A DNA stretch of 64,000 nt from Convolutriloba macropyga (lineage: Eukaryota), in NCBI RefSeq assembly GCF_964194025.1, contig NW_027451928.1, positions 1 through 64,000 on the forward strand, read 5' to 3'. The notes under the pieces were generated by a model. It made no database searches. It had not been told where the DNA came from and was given only the letters and a program-made list of their open reading frames with translations. The position numbers and the translations under genes are program-made. Of the stretch, positions 59,981 to 64,000 are shown one piece after another. The first letter of the stretch is position 1; each line of letters starts with the position of its first letter.

Positions 59981-60529
59981 TGTTCTGAAAGAGTTTCATC
60001 AATTATATCTGTACTTCAAGTGATGGTTTGTATGAGTTGTTTGTGCATAGCACAAAGTTCCAATGAATTACGGTGTAAAAAACGGTTGGAAATTTTTAAC
60101 CTGTCAGGATACAAGGGAAACGAAATCGTCTCAATTTAAAATAGTCACAAAATTGTATCTTCGCTTAAAACAAGCTTGCCAGCCCTTAAGCCATCCGTCG
60201 ATTAAAAAAATCGAAATCTAACGTGGTATAAAAGTTTGCAAGCAAAGGATTACAAAAAGTCAATTAAATGAAACTCCCCTTAAAGGGTAGTCGGTCAACC
60301 CGAGGGAGGCAAGTCAATTCCTATATAAATTTATAAATTCTGACAGTAGTCAACGTCGAATCTGCAACAAGTTCACATTATATAGAACAGCAAGTAGAAA
60401 ATTGATAGCTACTTTCGAGATTTCTGAAGGGGTGGATTGAATCAAAGAAAAGCACCAAAGGCGAGAAGCACTTTGCTCCTATAGTAGCAATATACCCTCC
60501 TCAAAAACGGTTGCATTCAATGCGTCGAG

Positions 60530-63500
60530 GGCCGCTCGTCACCTGAGCATGCTAGATCCGCTGATGTATATGATTGAGCTTCGCAATAGAGCGAAGCCTA
60601 TCTTGGTCCTTATGTATGCAAGGATGTCAGCGTAGGAGTCCCCTTCACCTCGCTCAGCGATGCGCTTCAAGACTTTAAGAGAACGTGCTCCTCCAGTGCA
60701 GAAAAATAGACGCAGAGAAGAAGGAATAGTCAATAAAAAAGTATATTGATTAAAAAAAAAAACGTTTTCGATCACTGCGTTCATGGTCAGGTTTAACAAC
60801 CGAATAAAATTATTTACAAAGAATATAAACTTATCTCTGACTCTATCTGTTGAATTCTACGGAATGAGTGAACGTAACAACGAATTTTTGAAATTATTTA
60901 CAAATAAAAACACTTTTACAACACTTTGTTTACATTAATAACACCAAAATTAATTCACTCTTCATTCCGGAGTTTTTAAAAATCCCGGGTAAATTGTATT
61001 CAATTCATGAAAAAGAATTGAATACAATTTTTTACTTTCAATTCTATCTGTTGTTTTCCTTAACTTGTTAAGGTTGGCAAAATTTTGAATTAATTCAAAT
61101 TTTTTGGATTTGAACTAATACTTCAATGTCAATTCCCGCCCCCAGTACTCGTCACGCGTATTTAGTTGCCGTTTCAGCTTTTTGATGTAGGTCGCTTCTA
61201 TAGTCATTAGTTTTTCAACCCCGCGACATGCATCTAGAATCTCCCAAAATGCGCTCTACCACAACATTCAACGAAGTGTTGACCCACAAAGGAATCTTTG
61301 TTGATTCTCCCAAAATTCTAGTGGTGACATGTGGGCTGGTTTGGCCAACATAGATGGAACTGCATCAATTACATTTAACTTTATATACCACGTGCAATTT
61401 CAGATTTTTATCCAACGATGATTTCAGGGTGGGCAAGCAAGTTCTTAATTTACTCGTTGTGAAAATCATTTGAACTTTTTTAAGTCATTTGAAGTCTATT
61501 TTTAAACTTTGAGTGATGCTACATCGGTTTAAGTTCATTTTTGTTGAAACTTTTATTTTGTTTGAGATGTTCATTTTTTGAGGGTTTTGCTGCAATCTTT
61601 TAGGTCATTTTGTTGTTTTGCTGTAACTTTGTCATTTTGCTGTCATTTTGTTCATGTTTTGGGGGGTTTGCCAACTCAACACCTCTGATTTGTTGTTCAA
61701 ATTTTAGTTTCTCAATTTGCTCGTGATATTTGTAGGCTTCTTCATTTGACTGGGACACTTTTTGCCTGAGGGTTATATACCTTCTCACAAAGTCATTGAG
61801 ATTCTCCTTATAAAATCACGCTTTAACCTCTACATAATCGCACGCTTCGTAGACTAAATTAGCCAGGTAATCGCAAATGTCGATTTGTAAGGTTTTCCGC
61901 CTGTTTCTTCCCTTTAAGGCGTTGTAACTTTGATGGAAATTTCGTGCCTATAGACTCGACAATTCGGATGGATGATGAGACCCCGTTCGCTAACCGGCAG
62001 GGATAAAAAGTCTCTGTGCTTGTTGCTGTGTTTAGGATGAGTAACCATGGATGGGATTAGCCCGTAGCTCTTTATTTTCCTTGTCCTAGTGGTTTAAGTC
62101 TGAGCTTGACGTAGTTCTTGTTATGACCGTCAACTTTGTTTGCAAAGATATTTCTCAAATTTTGTGGCGAGACCTTTGCATGCTCACTGAATTCTGCCAG
62201 CTGTATTTTTCTTGACAGAAATGTATGACACTGATTCAGTTGAGTCAATGACATGGCCGAGGACTTTATGCACGTCTATTGGAAAAACCTGGTCCTTTTC
62301 GGAAACTTTATTGGCTCCCTCTGTGTGCTCTTTTGTGAGGAGGTGGCACTTGATAACCTTGCTCCCATAGTCTTGTGCTATTGCGCGTTAATTATCGTGG
62401 AGACGTTTCAGGGATTCGATTGAGCCTGCTTTATTTCAATCATCTGTATGCCACTTTCTGAAAAAAGCTAGAGTGATGAGTTTGCCTGATGACCAGCAGC
62501 GTCGCCACTCCATACATTTCCACAACTAATTGGTCGCCGTGAGTTGTGCATGCTTCAGATTTTAGGGTTAGAATATTAGTGTATAGTTTTTATGGTTTTT
62601 TGTATGAAGTCGTGAGGAAGGTGTACAAACGACGTGCACAAATTTTGTATATCTCTGAGGGCAAGCTGGCAATTGAGAATGCTAAATGCGTTTTTCGAGC
62701 CAATCAACAAGATACCTCCTACGTTTTCATCCTCACATGCGCTTAGGCAGTGAAAGGAGTAATCAACACCACATTTTTGGCCGAGGCATAACTCTTTAAT
62801 CCAATTAAGTTGGGCGAGATCTTGCTTCGCACATTTCTGATGCTTCATCTCAAGAGTTTTCGTATTATTTTATTAATACCTATAGGTCGAACGCCGGGGC
62901 AATTGTTTCTGCGTATCATTGAAGTCATGTTTTGCTTTGCTTTTTAAGAGTCGCCTTTGCAAAACGTTCGCTTCGGTGAAGAGTTCTTTTATGTCCCCTG
63001 CTACCCATTGATCAAAGTGTCCGGCAGTCGTTTTCGCGATAGATCCGTCATTGTCTTTTTTGCGACGGGACAAATTGGTGCATAATAAAAGCGAAGATCA
63101 ATATGATTTCCCCTTTCTCAACATTTTAAGTTACTGAAGGGATTATGCATTATGTGTCAGTGAACGTGAATCTCGCTGTGTTTCTGCTGTTCACGAAAAA
63201 CGCAGTTCGCCCTTGAACGACTTAATTGTAAATATTCTTCATGCTTTCGTTTAAGTCGGGTTGTCTTGTTTCTCCAGAAATCACAAGACTGGCAGTTTTG
63301 ATTCTTCTCAGCTTTGATGTGGTACTGCTACTAGCTTGCATAGTCCGTTGAGGTGGTCCTGTTCAGTGTTTGCATATGAAAACAATATGGTGTTGTTTTC
63401 CGGATGACAATCCGCTGCATTTCACGTGCATGCAGGTTTCGCAGGAAAAGCAAAAGACATCGCTGCTTTTGAGCTGGTTTGAACATTTGGAACAATGCGT

Positions 63501-63600
63501 ATACAAAGTTACATGTAATGGACGCAATTCCACATTTTCTGGCCAATTAAGCTATGTTGACAGTGGTATTTCAAAACAAACCAAGGATTCTCCGTTTTGG
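60530..63600 (-). mobile_element. Decayed CRE/SLACS-type non-LTR retrotransposon interrupted by a Penelope fragment
   Basis: Motifs in order through stops and frameshifts: W.AGDIKELF.EA..LQRRL, ELCLGQKCG, LLIGSKNAF..LN, TTHGDQL..MYG, WHTDD, LSLPV.ERGL. C-terminal CTGG...YIRTKIGFALLRS at ~60550-60710. Confidence 0.8.
60760..61870 (-). mobile_element. 3' fragment of a Penelope-like element (GIY-YIG endonuclease), decayed
   Basis: VVYKVKCN*CSSIYVGQT..V.TRI at ~61315-61395 and KLMTIEATYIKKLKRQLNTRDEY..RELTLKY* ending at 61115. Boundaries approximate. Confidence 0.8.
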
Positions 63601-64000
63601 CTGCACCTCTTAGAATATTTGGTACAAGACAGTTTAAGGTGGGACATACTACACAATTTTATCATAGCTGGAAAAAATGATAGCTACTAAAACTTCACAT
63701 CAAGCTAAAAGCTTTTGAGTATCGGGAGAGGGAGTTGCCATTCAAATTTTTAGTCAAATAAAAATTGTTATGAAAGAATCAAATGCAAATTACACTCTCG
63801 CGAAAACATAATATATATAACAAAGATAAGTTTCTTGTAAGAAAAAAATTATAAATGGTAATAAGGCTTCGTCTGAACAAAACATAATGTTGTTGTTGTT
63901 GTTGTTGGGGATTTACAGTTTTCACTGAGGGGATTTTCGTCCCAGTCGTCGTCTTAGAAAATTGTCCTATTATTTCTGCAGATCTGACAGTCACAGCATA

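Overview
AT-rich, intron-containing animal (invertebrate-like) genomic DNA. Four conserved host genes lie head-to-tail on the minus strand: YIPF5 (one coding exon), SANBR/KIAA1841 (10 coding exons traced, one tandemly duplicated), TAPT1 (6 exons) and the 5' part of MED14. The main feature is a 16,473-bp env-bearing Ty3/Gypsy (Metaviridae) element at 14828-31300, antisense within TAPT1 intron 2. It has ~850-bp near-identical LTRs, a CCTTT target-site duplication and a tRNA-Leu-like PBS. Besides gag, pol and a class I fusion env (all with lesions in this copy), it carries accessory cargo resembling a complex virus. This includes a TARG1/OARD1-type macrodomain after integrase, a spliced antisense gene joining an integrase-type H2C2 zinc domain to an OTU-like Cys box, a small antisense membrane protein, and a leader ORF followed by a structured leader segment. 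Each host gene and both antisense cargo ORFs have a (T)TTCAG splice acceptor 4-25 nt before the ATG, suggesting SL trans-splicing or a shared 5'-UTR intron design. The rest contains Helentron-like (HINE) elements, decayed CRE-type and Penelope retroelements, a mini hAT-like MITE and local duplications. All homology calls come from reading motifs by eye; no searches were run.
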